Below, piece by piece: positions 11,976 to 25,134 of a stretch of 64,000 bases of DNA. The notes under the pieces are model-generated. The model saw only the letters and a program-made list of their open reading frames with translations. It was not told the origin of the DNA and searched no databases. This DNA comes from Eledone cirrhosa (taxonomy: Eukaryota). Both the position numbers and the translations under genes were made by a program. Location: NCBI GenBank assembly GCA_964016885.1, contig OZ024746.1:61876001-61940000 (forward strand). The letters are read 5' to 3'. Position 1 is the stretch's first letter. The number at the start of each line of letters is the position of its first letter.

Positions 11976-13453
11976 GAGAGAAATGGAGGCGATAACAGTG
12001 GGAGTTCGGCTCTTCCAAGTTCGGACCATACCCTTGTGGTTGTGTTCATTATCCATAGAGTTCATTCTTTTCTATAATTATTTTAGTTTTATATTTTGAG
12101 TATAGTAATACATACAGAATCTTTCTCCAATGCTTTAACCAACTTTAAGCTTATCATACTATGACTTCATAAGTCAACGTCGAATACTCTCCTAGAAATA
12201 TCTTATAAATCACCCTATTATTACCACATATACCTTTAAAAGAGAAAATCATATTGAATAATGAATTTCTATAATCTCTGTGTAAAAAAAATACATGTTA
12301 GGCATAATGGCTGCAATATAAAATTAACAAATATATTCTTAATTAAGGTTGAACTGAACTAATGAAATCCAATTTCATTCACGCTTTCCTAATTCATATA
12401 TGTTAAATACGGTGGTAAGAGTGAGTGAGTGAGTGAGTGAGTGAGTGATCGCGGGCCCCTCTGACTGTTGCACGCCCCTGGACTAGACAGTTTCTTGTCT
12501 TCTTAGTTTGTACAGGATGAGATTAATACGCATAGCTATTTATTTTTGTCAATGTGTCTTTCTTGTTTTAAGACTGTTCAGTGTGACAAGCGAAAAACTT
12601 GGCTGATATTTCTAACGGACCTAAACTCCACTATCGTTGATGTCTAGTTTTGGTCGAATGATAATGAAAGGCAACCCAGTCGTGACAATCCTGTATTTTC
12701 TTGGATTGTAAACAGCATGAGCCCTTCTTCTTCATTCTTTCTATCTTTTCTTCCCGTTCTTTCTTTATCTGAATCCTTCCTAAACTCTTCCTATTTTTTG
12801 GCATTTTCAATATTTGGCTTAGTTATATAGTAAAATTCAGGCATAGTATATCTAGAACCACACTTTTCAATGTGTCCTTCCTTTTTTTAAAGATGTTAGG
12901 ATATTAGTTTAAAGAAGATTTGACTGTTATTTCAAGCAGGTCGAGCGACTACGTAAATGTTTTCTCGCTGATTCGCTGTTATCTAAGTAAACGATTAACC
13001 ATCGTTGAAACAAAACATGTAGTAAATAAATAAATGTTTTAAAAAAATAATAAATAAATAAATGTATTGGTGGCTTAGGAGGGGGTGGGTGGAAGTGAGA
13101 GTAAGAAATGAGGTAAGAGTGAGAGTAAAAGTGAGAGGTGGTGGTAGTGATGGGTGGGGAGTAGATTGACCTGTGAAATGTGTTGACGGGTAGTTTGCAG
13201 TGCACTGATTACACTAATGTACTGGAGTCATTGGTTGTGATAGCGGGGGGACTGGGACGACAATTAAGGGAACATAGGTCGATTATTGATAGGATCAGTT
13301 GGTGAAGTGGACCCTCGGGGTTCGTAAATGATACGTCAAGCCGTCACATCAGAGCTGTTCAGCTCTGTTTGGCGGGAGGCGACGACAGCGATTAGAAAAA
13401 TGTCCGTCAGTTAGCCCCGTGTCGGATGTAATGGATGTGGTAAGAGGAAGCGA

Positions 13454-13830
13454 GTATGTATGCATGTATGTATGTATGTATGTATGTATGTATGTATGTA
13501 TGTATGTATGTATGTATGTCTATGTATGTATGTATGTATGTATGTATGTATGTATGTATGTATGTATGCATGTATGTATGTCTATGTATGTATGTATGTA
13601 TTTATGTATGTCTATGTATGTATGTATTTATGTATGCATGTATGTATATATTTGCGTATATATGTATGCATGTTTATAGGTATACATGCATATATGGGTA
13701 TATGCATGTATGCATGTATATTTGTGTATGTGTGTATGCATGTATATGTGTGCATGCATGTATGCATGTATATTTGTGTATGTGTGTATGCATGTATATG
13801 TGTGCATGTATATGTGCATATATGTATTTA
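13454..13830. repeat. (TATG)n / (TG,TA) microsatellite
   Basis: Direct reading. Confidence 0.95.
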
Positions 13831-14494
13831 ATATATAAGTACAAGAGTTTATTACTATATATGTATGCTGGTTTGTACTTACCTACTTACTTACTGGCCC
13901 TAATAGTTGTTCCTATGTTCAAAAGTGGCCCGCCAATGGAATATGTTGCACACCCCTGGTCTAGTCAGATGGATTCCATATTTTCTATCCACAGAGAGAT
14001 AAACCTTGTGTTGAAATAACTTTGTTTATTTTTCACAACCAGGATAAAATTGTATGTTTACTAAAACGATATATACCTTACATTACATTTCAAATTATCT
14101 AAAAACATTGTTTTGTGCTTCATTAAACAATTAATTAATTATCCATGTTATGACTGGATGCAATGTTATGTAAATTCGAATGATCACAAAGTTAAATGTA
14201 TTGAAGTTTATTATATATGTGTTGAGCTTATTTTCACATAGGTTTTCATTATACCTATTCATAGTAATCCGATGGTTGTATTCCTAACTTGTAATAAATT
14301 CAAATAGTGTATGCATTATTTGACTTTTTGTTGGGCGATGAATGCTCGTTTATCGAAGTTTTATATTAGTATGAAAATTGAATCTAACAGATTTATGGGT
14401 TAAATTAATTCCATTTCACATTTTTCTGTCTTTATTTTGTGGGAGTGTATATCTTTAACCCGAACCAAAAATGCATAAGCTCTACCTTAACAAC

Positions 14495-14675
14495 CCAATC
14501 CGAAGGTAATTGCACAAACACAACTGTTTACCATCTGGATAAAGAAATGTTTGTCGAAAGAATTATATACAAAACAAATGTATAACCATTAGACGACACG
14601 ATAATGATGCATATGGGGTTAACTGAGAATACTTTTAAAACGGGATACACACATCACACCCAATCGTTTTGCCCA
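14495..14675 (+). pseudogene. Decayed Penelope-like element GIY-YIG endonuclease fragment
   Basis: With frameshifts reads roughly ...LSKxIIYKTNV...MHMGLTENTFKTGYTHHTQSF, matching the PLE pattern IYKAxV...YIGLTExxFKxRYxxHxxSF. Confidence 0.65.
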
Positions 14676-14686
14676 GTAATACGAGG

Positions 14687-15112
14687 CTTCTTCTTCTTCT
14701 TCTTCTTCTTCTTCTTCTTCTTCTTCTTCTTCTTCTTCTTCTTCTTTACTGAGAGGGTCGTGGGGCTCAGAGTCCTCAAACAATCCTTGCAGCAGGCCTT
14801 GTCAGAAGCAACCGTCTCCAATTGACCCGGCTGAATCCCCAAGTGAGACTAGTCAAGTTTATGGATGTTATCTAACTATCTTGCTCGGTGTCTACCCCTG
14901 GGTCTCCTGCCTGTTGGTTTTGCCCATAAAATCTGTTCAGCGATTCTTTTCTCAGACATTCTAACCACATGTCCATAGTATTAGAACAGTGATACCTCAA
15001 TTCGGAGAAGCAGGCTCTCTGATCTCTGAGCCACACACTCTATCGAGTAATGTTACTCCAAAGACCCTTCGAAGGAACTCCATTTCGACCGCTTGCATTC
15101 GCGATGCCACTT
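14687..15112 (-). mobile_element. RTE-type LINE 3' end with (GAA)n tail
   Basis: Reverse complement matches 63070-63385 (RPxGRPRARWLDNI region); (TTC)n at 14687-14745; duplicate piece at 15722-15797. Confidence 0.75.
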
Positions 15113-16736
15113 TCAAAATACATTTTCTATTGAAAAGTTTCATTATGGCTGACCAGGGGCTAAAGAACCAAAACAGACTGTCTACAAGGAAATATAAAAC
15201 ATTACGATGTCTATATGTAACGACCAGTAACGTTGGGGCATTAATGATTATCTCCAGATATCTAAGAAGGATTATAATAGAACATAGCCGTGTCTATAGA
15301 ATATTAAAATGTTACACACAACAGACACAGACGTTTTGATCCAATAGTAAGAGCAATAGGTAGCCACTTTCAAAATACAGTTTCTATTTAAAAGAAAGGG
15401 GGAAAACAAGGCTACAGTAAAATGCAGTAACGTTCCAAAAAAGAAAAGAAAATGGTCGTAGTAGCACAATTAAGAAGTTTAAAATACTGAACATGTCTGG
15501 AGATATCCTAAATAACAGCCAAATTTCTCTCAAATCATGTTATGCTATCTTAAAAAAGAAAGAAACACCGGTAATGTTCCTTTGGGTTCATTTTACTCAA
15601 GAAACAAATAAAAAAAATCTGGGTGGTCAGGAATGATCATGTGTCTTCTCTATCAGTGTTGACCTAGGGCTAAACAGCCACATCAACTACAATGAGATAT
15701 GTCATGCTTTGCCGAGGTCTTCCAATTCGGAGAAGTAGACTCTCTGATATCCGAGCCACACACTCTATCGAGTAATGTTACTCCAAAGACCCTTCGATTT
15801 GGTTGTTATTTCTAATATGTCATGTCGAGATTCCGTTGCTGACTCGTCAATATTTGTTTTGTTTCCTTGGGTAAAGAATTAGCACCTTTACCGAAACTTA
15901 TCTACACAGCTATTGTTATTTCTAACAAGAAGATATACTCTAAAATAAACTCTTTGATGTTAAGGTTGCTCTGTAAAAGCTATTTTAAAGAATCGTCATA
16001 GATAACTTAATTTTCTTAATTTTCCACGTATTTATGATGTAAAGTTGAACTTGTTGCTTTCCGAATTAAGGAGGTGCAATACTGTTGTCTTACTTAGATT
16101 TTTGACATGTCTGTGGATAAATGAATCAGTCTTTACGTCAATAAACTTACCAGCCGTTTCAATTTATCCCTTTGCCGGGTCAAAATTTAGTTGAAGGATA
16201 TACGGGTCATATGTTTTGAATAATCTGACCTCACAAGTTCGGAAGTCAAATGGGATAATCTTACTAACAAAAGATGTTGTTAAGATGTAGGCCGACCAAC
16301 TCACTTAACTGTCAAGATATTTTAATCTCTTTCTCGTTCTGTCGATATTATTTTGTTCATCTGAAAAAAAAAAAATCTTTAATATCTTCGTTTCTATTTT
16401 AACGGCTGAGTAACCAACCATTTTAGGTGTTCACCGTAGTCAGTTAATTTCTCCCGTAAAGAGTTCTGCTCCCACCTCTAATACGATTGTCAACCAAACA
16501 CGTCTTTGTTTTTGATTTCATCTTTTGTACTTAATGTACTGCGGTTTATTTCTTCGATGCTGTCAATAAGTGTTATGTTTCAGGAAAATACAGTTTAAAT
16601 TCACGCATAAGGACACTAATTCGATATATATATACAAAAGAATATAGAGAAGGTAGCTTGTATTTCTTTTATATACATGGCTTTGCTTTCATTGCCTTCT
16701 CTGCTTTCATTATAGAAAGAGAGAAGAGAAGAAAGG

Positions 16737-16834
<98 letters not shown>

Positions 16835-17164
16835 TGAATAAAAGAAAGAAGGATAGAAATATATGTAGCGGGAAAAGTAAATATATTCGCCGATCAAATT
16901 TTAAACAAGAAAATGTGAGTTCACTTCATATCCGAAGAGCCAAAACAGCTAGATAAGAACTTAGCAATGCTAGATAAGATCTGTGAACAGAATCTGAATG
17001 AAAAGGGGAAATTTGAGGGAGATTTAGTTGTTATTTCTAATATATCATGTCGAGGTTCCGTTGCAGACTCGTCATTATTTGTTTTGTTTCCTTGTGTAAA
17101 GAATTAGCTCTAATTGTCTAACGTCATTGCTTCGTATATGTTTCTATTATTTTAGTTCAAATGC

Positions 17165-17590
17165 ATAGTTACGAATTTCTACGTTTTAAGTTCAAATCCT
17201 GCCGAGGTCAACGGTGGATTGGCAGTATGGGTAGAAGGTCGGACGTCAAGCATTGCAGCATAGAGTTACAGCTCTTTACGGTCTGAGTTTAAATCCAACC
17301 GAGGTTAACCTTGCTTTTTATCCTTACGGAGACGATAAAAAAAAGTACCAGTCACGCACTCGGATCGATTTAATCGACTTTCCCCTCCCCCAAATTACTA
17401 GCCTTGTTCCTATATACAAAACCATTATTTCAGTACAAAGTAAGGGCGGTGGATTGGCAAGTATTGATAGAACTTCGGACAAAATATTTTGCAGCATTTA
17501 GTTACAAATTTCTACGTTTTAAGTTCAAATCCTGCCGAGGTCAACGCTTTCTTTCTTTCCGTGCTCGATAAAATAAAGCACCAGTTAAGC
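17165..17590 (+). mobile_element. Cluster of SINE family A-related copies
   Basis: Repeated AGTTCAAATCC...GAGGTCAAC and GATAAAATAAAG motifs. Confidence 0.75.
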
Positions 17591-17642
17591 CTGATCTCCG
17601 GTCTCTGGTCCCTGGCCTCTGATCTCTGGTCACTTCCCATTC

Positions 17643-17707
17643 TCATTAGTGATAGTTGGGGGCCATGGACAATCTATATGTCCATGGCCCCCAACTATCA
17701 CTAATGA
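17643..17707. repeat. Perfect 29-bp inverted repeat with 7-nt loop
   Basis: TCATTAGTGATAGTTGGGGGCCATGGACA-atctata-TGTCCATGGCCCCCAACTATCACTAATGA. Confidence 0.9.
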
Positions 17708-18321
17708 TTCTCATCAGGAAAAAAGTGATGTTCCGAATCATCGTCTGACCATTACTCAGAAGCTGGCTACCGAGCAGCTGCTGATCAGCTTTCATCACAA
17801 AGTTGAAGCCGATGGTCACTTGAAAGATTGTCAACTAAGAGACGAAGGAGTCTCATCTACTCAGGTTTTGGAATCAGAGAGATCCTTAGACTGTCTAGGT
17901 TAGACATACGACCAACCAAGGCTAATAAACTCTGTCTACCCGTATTTGATAACCATTGACTCTCCTGGGGTCCTTTGCCATTTGACGGGTTTTATTTTGC
18001 AAAAATCACCTTCCTCACAAAGCCAGCTTGGTGAGGTCACCGGTGACCTGGCCATGTAACAGGCTGTACAGAGTTACATGTTACCAGTAGCGCTCGAAAG
18101 TAACCTGAGCATACTCAAGTAAGCATTAGGGCTGATATAATCGATCTTCTTCTTCCCCCAAGTTATTGGTCTTGTGCCTAAATAAGAAATCAATATTTTA
18201 ATACAAAGTTATTATGCTGAACTGTGTGTTATGGGCTGAATTGAAGCGGTTCCCTACACGTGCCAGTGATGGTGAGTGAGTCGTTTTAAAAGAGTTGCTG
18301 CTTACATACACACACACACAC

Positions 18322-18469
<148 letters not shown>

Positions 18470-18489
18470 TATGTGGTATTTTATTTATC

Positions 18490-18780
18490 GACACCGAAAT
18501 TCATTGGTTGTGAGGTTCGTATAGTCTCTTTGGATAACGTTTCGAGGTGCGAGTGTTGCTTTATAGATCCCAGCCTTAGAGAAGCAGCAGGTTCTCACCT
18601 GAGGACCATTGGTAGGTTATTGGTAGCTATAGGTTGGTATGTATTTTGGTGTCTGTGTAGGTAGGTTTTTTTGTTGTTTCTATTGTAGCTTGAGATATTG
18701 TGGTGTTATCTAGGCAGGTGTAGCTAACCTTAACGTTATGATAGTTGAAGAAGCTTATGATATTTATGGTATTGAATTGA
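18490..18780 (-). pseudogene. Decayed Penelope-like element linker and GIY-YIG fragment
   Basis: With frameshifts the minus strand reads ...FNYHNVKVSYTCLDN... (PLE linker FNRxxVKVSYSC) and ...SKAGIYKATL...DYTNLTTNEFR. Confidence 0.6.
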
Positions 18781-20262
18781 AAACCTAACGACTATAATTA
18801 AATAGAACAAGGCGTTTTACCGGACGCTCAAATGTCTCTGCCAATCCATTTAATATTAAACTTCCGTTGATTTAGAAATCATACTTAAAATCTTTTTCAT
18901 TCATACTCTCGAAATACAGGCTATTAACAAACAAGGCCACACGATACAGAGAAAGTAATTTATTGACATTCATCCAATTAACACATGACTTCTAAATAAT
19001 TAATAAAAAGCTATGTATATGAGTTTCTGTTTTGTGTTTTAGACTATAGGTTGGTGTGTATGTGTGTGTGTGTTGGTATCTGTACTATCATGTACATAAT
19101 CTTGGCAAAATCTCAAAGATGGATGAGAGAGATATGATTGAGTTTCATATAAGCTAATGCATGTAAAATATGGCTTGCCCAGATACAGACTGGACAATTG
19201 GATGATGTATTGAGCAACTGTATGTTTATAGTTTGTCAGTTCAAATCTTCCATAGATATTTCCTTTTATATCCGAGGCAAAAAACTTTATACTTTAACAG
19301 TCCATCAATTCAATTAGTTGTTAGGGACATGTACCAGACCATATGGGAAAAAAAAAATTGTCACAGATAGCGCGGTTTCCTAATTTGAACGAGGTCCATT
19401 TCTTTTCAACTTAATGTTAAAAACTGAAAGTTAGTCGTTGGTCCTTAAAAAGCTATCACTGTTCATAAGATATCTCCTCTATTTTTGTGGAGTCTACTCT
19501 GTTGTAATCATTTGAACCTGGTATTTGGTTTGAAGATAATTTCCTCTTTGCCTCTCATCAGTTTTCAAGGTCCTGGATGGAGTTATGGGGCACTGCTCCT
19601 CCATTTCTGTTAAACGATAAAAAAGTAACTATTACATCGGCATATAATTGAATATATTGTGTACTACTAGGTATTATATCCACAGATATTGTTCATATTT
19701 CAACAAATTATAATTGACTCGAATATCTACCTATAATAATAATGGATTTTTATGTAGGCACAAGGCCAGCAATTTAGGGGGGAGGGAAAAGTCGATTAAA
19801 TCGAGCCAGTGCGTTACTGGTACTTTATTTTATCGACCTCGTAAGGATGAAAGGCAAAGTTAACCTCGGCAGGATTTGAACTCAGATCATAGTATCTACC
19901 TATAATAATAAACAGAAATGCACACAGAAAAAAAATTATAAGAGAGGAACAGACAACCGCAGCTCTACTTCGTCAGCCACTTTGCTTCAAGGTAATTTTG
20001 TGCGTTAAACGTGTTGTTCATTGCTCATATAACGCAAATTTACGTAACAGATTGGAGAATCACTCTGCTAGTTAGATGTTTGTGAGACGATAACAACAAA
20101 GAATGGACAGAAAGATTTAGACCAAAACAGAAATAAATACATAAAATATTACTAGAAATAGACAACAGATTAATATAGATGTATTGAATTTTGTTTTTTG
20201 TATGATCTGTGTATAACTCAACTCAGCTAGTATATATATATATATATATATAGATATATATA

Positions 20263-20454
20263 CGAAAAGAGTCAGGACCCTGACGGCTCAGCTCCGGCCG
20301 TTTTGACAGCTAGATCCGAACTGTTCGGATCTAGCTGTCGAAACGGCCGGAGCTCAGCCGTCGGTGTCATGACTCTTTTTCTGTTACACACTCTACGACC
20401 CTCAATATCGAGTACTCTGGTGCGTTATAGTCCACCTGGTTCCTTACCACTCAC

Positions 20455-20457
<3 letters not shown>
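20263..20457 (+). mobile_element. (TA)n-flanked fold-back element carrying the 3' half of a hammerhead
   Basis: Inverted repeat centred at 20322; GAAACGGC-cggagctca-GCCGTC gives stem III with a GUC site at 20360-20362; 3' tail shared with 59784-59826. Confidence 0.6.
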
Positions 20458-20490
<33 letters not shown>

Positions 20491-20561
20491 CACACACACA
20501 AAAACAAGATGGCGTAGGACAGAACAAAGGAGAGGCACAAAAACAAAGAAAAGAATCCCCA

Positions 20562-20604
20562 GTCACTGAAGAGGTCACAGAATGTGTGACGAAAGAACTT
20601 TGAC
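20562..20604 (+). ncRNA. Minimal type I hammerhead ribozyme
   Basis: GTCA-CTGAAGA-g-GTCACA gaatg TGTGAC-GAAA-G aa C-TT-TGAC: stems I and II pair; stem III is only 2 bp. Confidence 0.65.
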
Positions 20605-20788
20605 AATATATAAACAACCAACCAGAAATTTATAAATTACTAAATCTATAAATTTATTATAATAAATTGAAGTGAAAGCAACTGGTGCGTGTGTTTCTTA
20701 TTGGCAACATGACCCTCCCAAAGTATAACAATATCGGTTTCAACACACGTTTTCAGATAAAGAATCTTGCTAAACAAATTCAGAAACG

Positions 20789-20824
<36 letters not shown>

Positions 20825-21046
20825 GGAGAAAGTTAATAGCGATCCACCAACCAATTTCCATCCCTCTCAACAGGAAATAGCAGAATATATATATATTCAA
20901 TTATCTTAAAATAAGTATTTAGCTCTTTTGATATCAAATAATCATGACTATTTCCGAAACCTACCTATATCTTTAAAAATTAACCCACCAAAACTAATTT
21001 ATATTTTGGTGTGACTTAAATTAGACTCACTATTTAGCCTTAATAT

Positions 21047-21430
21047 AATTGTTTCTACTTTTGGCTCAAAGCCAGCAATTATGCAGTGCATTAGTGGTAT
21101 TTTATTTTATCGACCCCGTAAGGATGAAAGGCAAAGTTAACCTTGGCGGGATTTGAACTCAGACCATAAAGGGACGTAACAATGTTAGAAAACTTGGTGT
21201 CCGACCCTCTACCGATACTGCCAATCCACCGCACTTATTTAGCCTTAATATAATTTCTACTATAGGCACAAGGTCGATTAAAATCGCCCCCAGTCCGTGA
21301 CTGGTACTTTATTTTATCGACCCCGTAAGGATGAAAGGCAAAGTTAACCTCGGCGGGATTTGAACTCAGAATGGCAAGGGCCGTAACTCTATGCGCCAAA
21401 GCATGGCGTCCGACCCTCTACCTATACTGC
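21047..21430 (-). mobile_element. Two SINE family A copies in tandem
   Basis: Matches the consensus twice. Confidence 0.85.
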
Positions 21431-21450
21431 TAATATATTATATATATACA

Positions 21451-21631
<181 letters not shown>

Positions 21632-22081
21632 CAACATATATATATATATATATATATATACAACATTAAATTAAGGGTTATCATGTCTGAGAGACATGCG
21701 CCATACCCACTGCAGAATAAGCTCATAAGCTCAAAGATTCCAATAAATAGATCCGATCATTTTATATCAACTAGAAATAGATTGACATATATATATATAT
21801 ATATATATTAGGTATAGGATTATCCAAGATGTAGTGATGGTTAATTACTACACTGGATATGGTTGACGTACGGTAAGAGGTTACTCTACGAGTTATGGAA
21901 GAATTGTTCAAGAAACTTAGTTCCTGGTCCTTCAGTATTCCGGAGTGTATATAAAGAATGAATAATAACAGGTAAACATCATAAAAAGGTAATTTATTCC
22001 GTGTGCTTACAAGGTAATTTATTCCGTGTGCTTACAAGTGTTTCCACGGTGGTACTGCAGCCTAGTTCCGCTACGTGCATA

Positions 22082-22284
22082 TATATATATAAAATAAACA
22101 TATGAAACAATCACAGGGAATAATTTGTAAAGTGTGTAAGCACACATAGCTAGGTAGGTAACTAATTAAAGTTTAACTAGAACTTCAAATATTTGAAGGT
22201 CTAGTTAAACTTTAATTAGTTACCTACCTAGCTATGGGTGCTTACACACTTTACAAATTATTCCCTGTGATTGTTTCATATGTT

Positions 22285-22299
<15 letters not shown>
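22082..22299. repeat. Spacerless palindrome, about 105-bp arms, centre 22190/22191, flanked by (TA)n
   Basis: ...CTTCAAAT|ATTTGAAG...; arms differ at only about 2 positions. Confidence 0.9.
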
Positions 22300-22332
<33 letters not shown>

Positions 22333-22336
<4 letters not shown>

Positions 22337-22571
22337 AAATAAATGGAAACTATATTTATAAAACCATATTTATTTCGTTATATATATTTCAGGGATATCA
22401 TATTAACAATATGTTATGCCTTATTCAGACAAAATACAATATAAACAGTCTTATAAATAAATTTAATATCATAATTTAATATCATAAATATACTCCAAAT
22501 ACTTGTTGAGTGCTTTTATATCAGTTATAAATATTTACTCGTTGTTAACCCAACAATTTAAATATAACTTT

Positions 22572-22573
<2 letters not shown>
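22333..22573. mobile_element. Hammerhead element family H3: inverted ribozyme part (22372-22435, -, core decayed to CTGAATA) joined to a direct 3' tail
   Basis: Homologous to 44865-45312, 46625-46915 and 46932-47222. Confidence 0.65.
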
Positions 22574-22646
<73 letters not shown>

Positions 22647-22850
22647 AATCTATTTCTAGTTGATATATATATATATATATACGCATGCACGTACAAGCAT
22701 ATTGCCACCAGTGTTTTTCCGTGAGTCTTATTGGTATTGAACAGAACCGATCTTTAAAAATATCGAATGGCAATAGGTGTCCACCAGAGTAAAATAGGAA
22801 CCATAGGGGTTCATAGGTAAAAATAAAATAAGGTTGAGAATCACTGGATT

Positions 22851-23181
<331 letters not shown>

Positions 23182-23384
23182 CTGGATTAACTGTGCTTGG
23201 AAAAAGACAGGATGGTCAAGGAAAGAAGGCTTTTAACTAGTGTATGTTTTATTGAGGGCTAGCTTGGACTTAAACAACACTAGTATCAATCGACTGAGAA
23301 GGCTGGTGGTTTAGTAGTCTTGAGATTAATAATATCAATCTTTTGTGAAGACCCAGTGGTTGAGATCTTGGGATTACGATGATA

Positions 23385-24180
23385 TCGATCTTCTGTGAAG
23401 GCCGGTGATCCAGTGGGTAGGGGTCTTGAGATCAATTATATCAATTACCTGTGAAGGTCCAGAAGGTAGGGTCTTGAGATCAATAATATCGATCACCTGT
23501 GAAGGTCCAGTGGGTAGGGTCTTGAGATCAATAATATCGATCACCTGTGAAGGTCCAGTGGGTAGGGTCTTGAGATCAATAATATCGATCACCTGTGAAG
23601 GTCCAGTGGGTAAGGTCTTGAGATCAATAATATCGATCACCTGTGAAGGTCCAGTGGGTAGGGTCTTGAGATCAATAATATCGATCACCTGTGAAGGTCC
23701 AGTGGGTAGGGTCTTGAGATCAATAATATCGATCACCTGTGAAGGTCCAGTGGGTAGGGTCTTGAGATCAATAATATCGATCACCTGTGAAGGTCCAGTG
23801 GGTAAGGTCTTGAGATCAATAATATCGATCACCTGTGAAGGTCCAGTGGGTAGGGTCTTGAGATCAATAATATCGATCACCTGTGAAGGTCCAGTGGGTA
23901 AGGTCTTGAGATTAATTATATCGATCACCTGTGAAGGTCCAGTGGGTAGGGTCTTGAGATCAATAATATCGATCACTTGTGAAGGTCCAGTGGGTAGGGT
24001 CTTGAGATTAATTATATCAATCTCCTGTGAAGGTCCAGTGGGTAGGGTCTTGGGAGCGATTTTATCAATCTCCTGTGAAGGTCCAGTGGGTAGGGTCTTG
24101 GGAGCGATTATATCAATCTCCTGTGAAGGTCCAGTGGGTAGGGTCTTGGGATTATGATCATAAGGTTGTGGATTCAACTC
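23385..24180 (+). repeat. 48-bp minisatellite (GATCACCTGTGAAGGTCCAGTGGGTAGGGTCTTGAGATCAATAATATC)n, about 16 copies
   Basis: Direct reading; 16-aa periodic ORFs on both strands. Confidence 0.92.
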
Positions 24181-24805
24181 TTCATCATCATCATCATCAT
24201 CATCACCATCCGGTGGCCTCAGCCGAAATCGACTAAAAAATTGATCTCCACGTGGGTCTGTCGTTCATTGCTGCTGCCAAATCCTGGATTTCAATACCAG
24301 AATCTCTGGAGATGACATCGGAATAGTGAGCTTGCACCCGCTGTTATTAGTGACTGCTTGTGATTTCCAAAGCACTAGTGGGGACACAACCTCATTCCAT
24401 GTTGCTTTTCATGATAGGACTGGAGCCTCTGTTAATAAAACACCCGAGAAAGTTCTCATGAGATAGAGATACAGAGGAGACGATTTCAATAAATGACCTT
24501 TGATAAAGGGAGAAAACATTCGAAACAGAAACAATCATATTCTGGTATCTGAGAATATCCTACAATATTTCATTCCCACTAATACAAATGACATTAGCTT
24601 AGCACAGCTGTGATTGACACCCTCAGCCTAAAGGCTGGCTCATAAGATGACAAGTCAGTCAATCATATTGATGGCCTCCCCACAGCCCCGGCGGACAGAA
24701 TGGAGAGGAGATCAACTAAACCTAGATTGAGAAGCTGTAAATTTCAGATTTTTGTTTTAGGAAATATTTTTTATTTAAAATCACCTCGTCTCCTTTCCTC
24801 TCTAG

Positions 24806-24878
<73 letters not shown>

Positions 24879-24944
24879 CCCCTCTTGGTATCTACTTCTG
24901 TTAATCTCCCCCTCTCTCTTTCTCTCTTCATACTCCTCCTGTTC

Positions 24945-24990
<46 letters not shown>

Positions 24991-25134
24991 ATCCTGTTCC
25001 TCTCTCCTATCTCTCTCTCACTTTCTCTTTCTCTCCTCCTTCCCTCCTCTCCTCTTAACCATCTATCCCTCCCCCCCTCTTACGTCACGCATGTTATCTC
25101 CTCCATTGCCCAGTCTCACTTGAACGACACAAAC

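Noticed and set aside
13895-13960. hAT-like terminus (CAGGGGTGTGCAAC on the minus strand; similar at 12452-12480)
   Set aside because: Only single ends in the same orientation, with no partner TIR or TSD found.
16090-16560. Possible decayed coding or transposase sequence (also 19050-19620 and 24440-24760)
   Set aside because: No motif that I could assign with confidence by eye.
23374-24177. 16-aa repeat protein or CRISPR-like array
   Set aside because: Contiguous identical 48-bp units with no unique spacers, no cas genes and a eukaryotic context.
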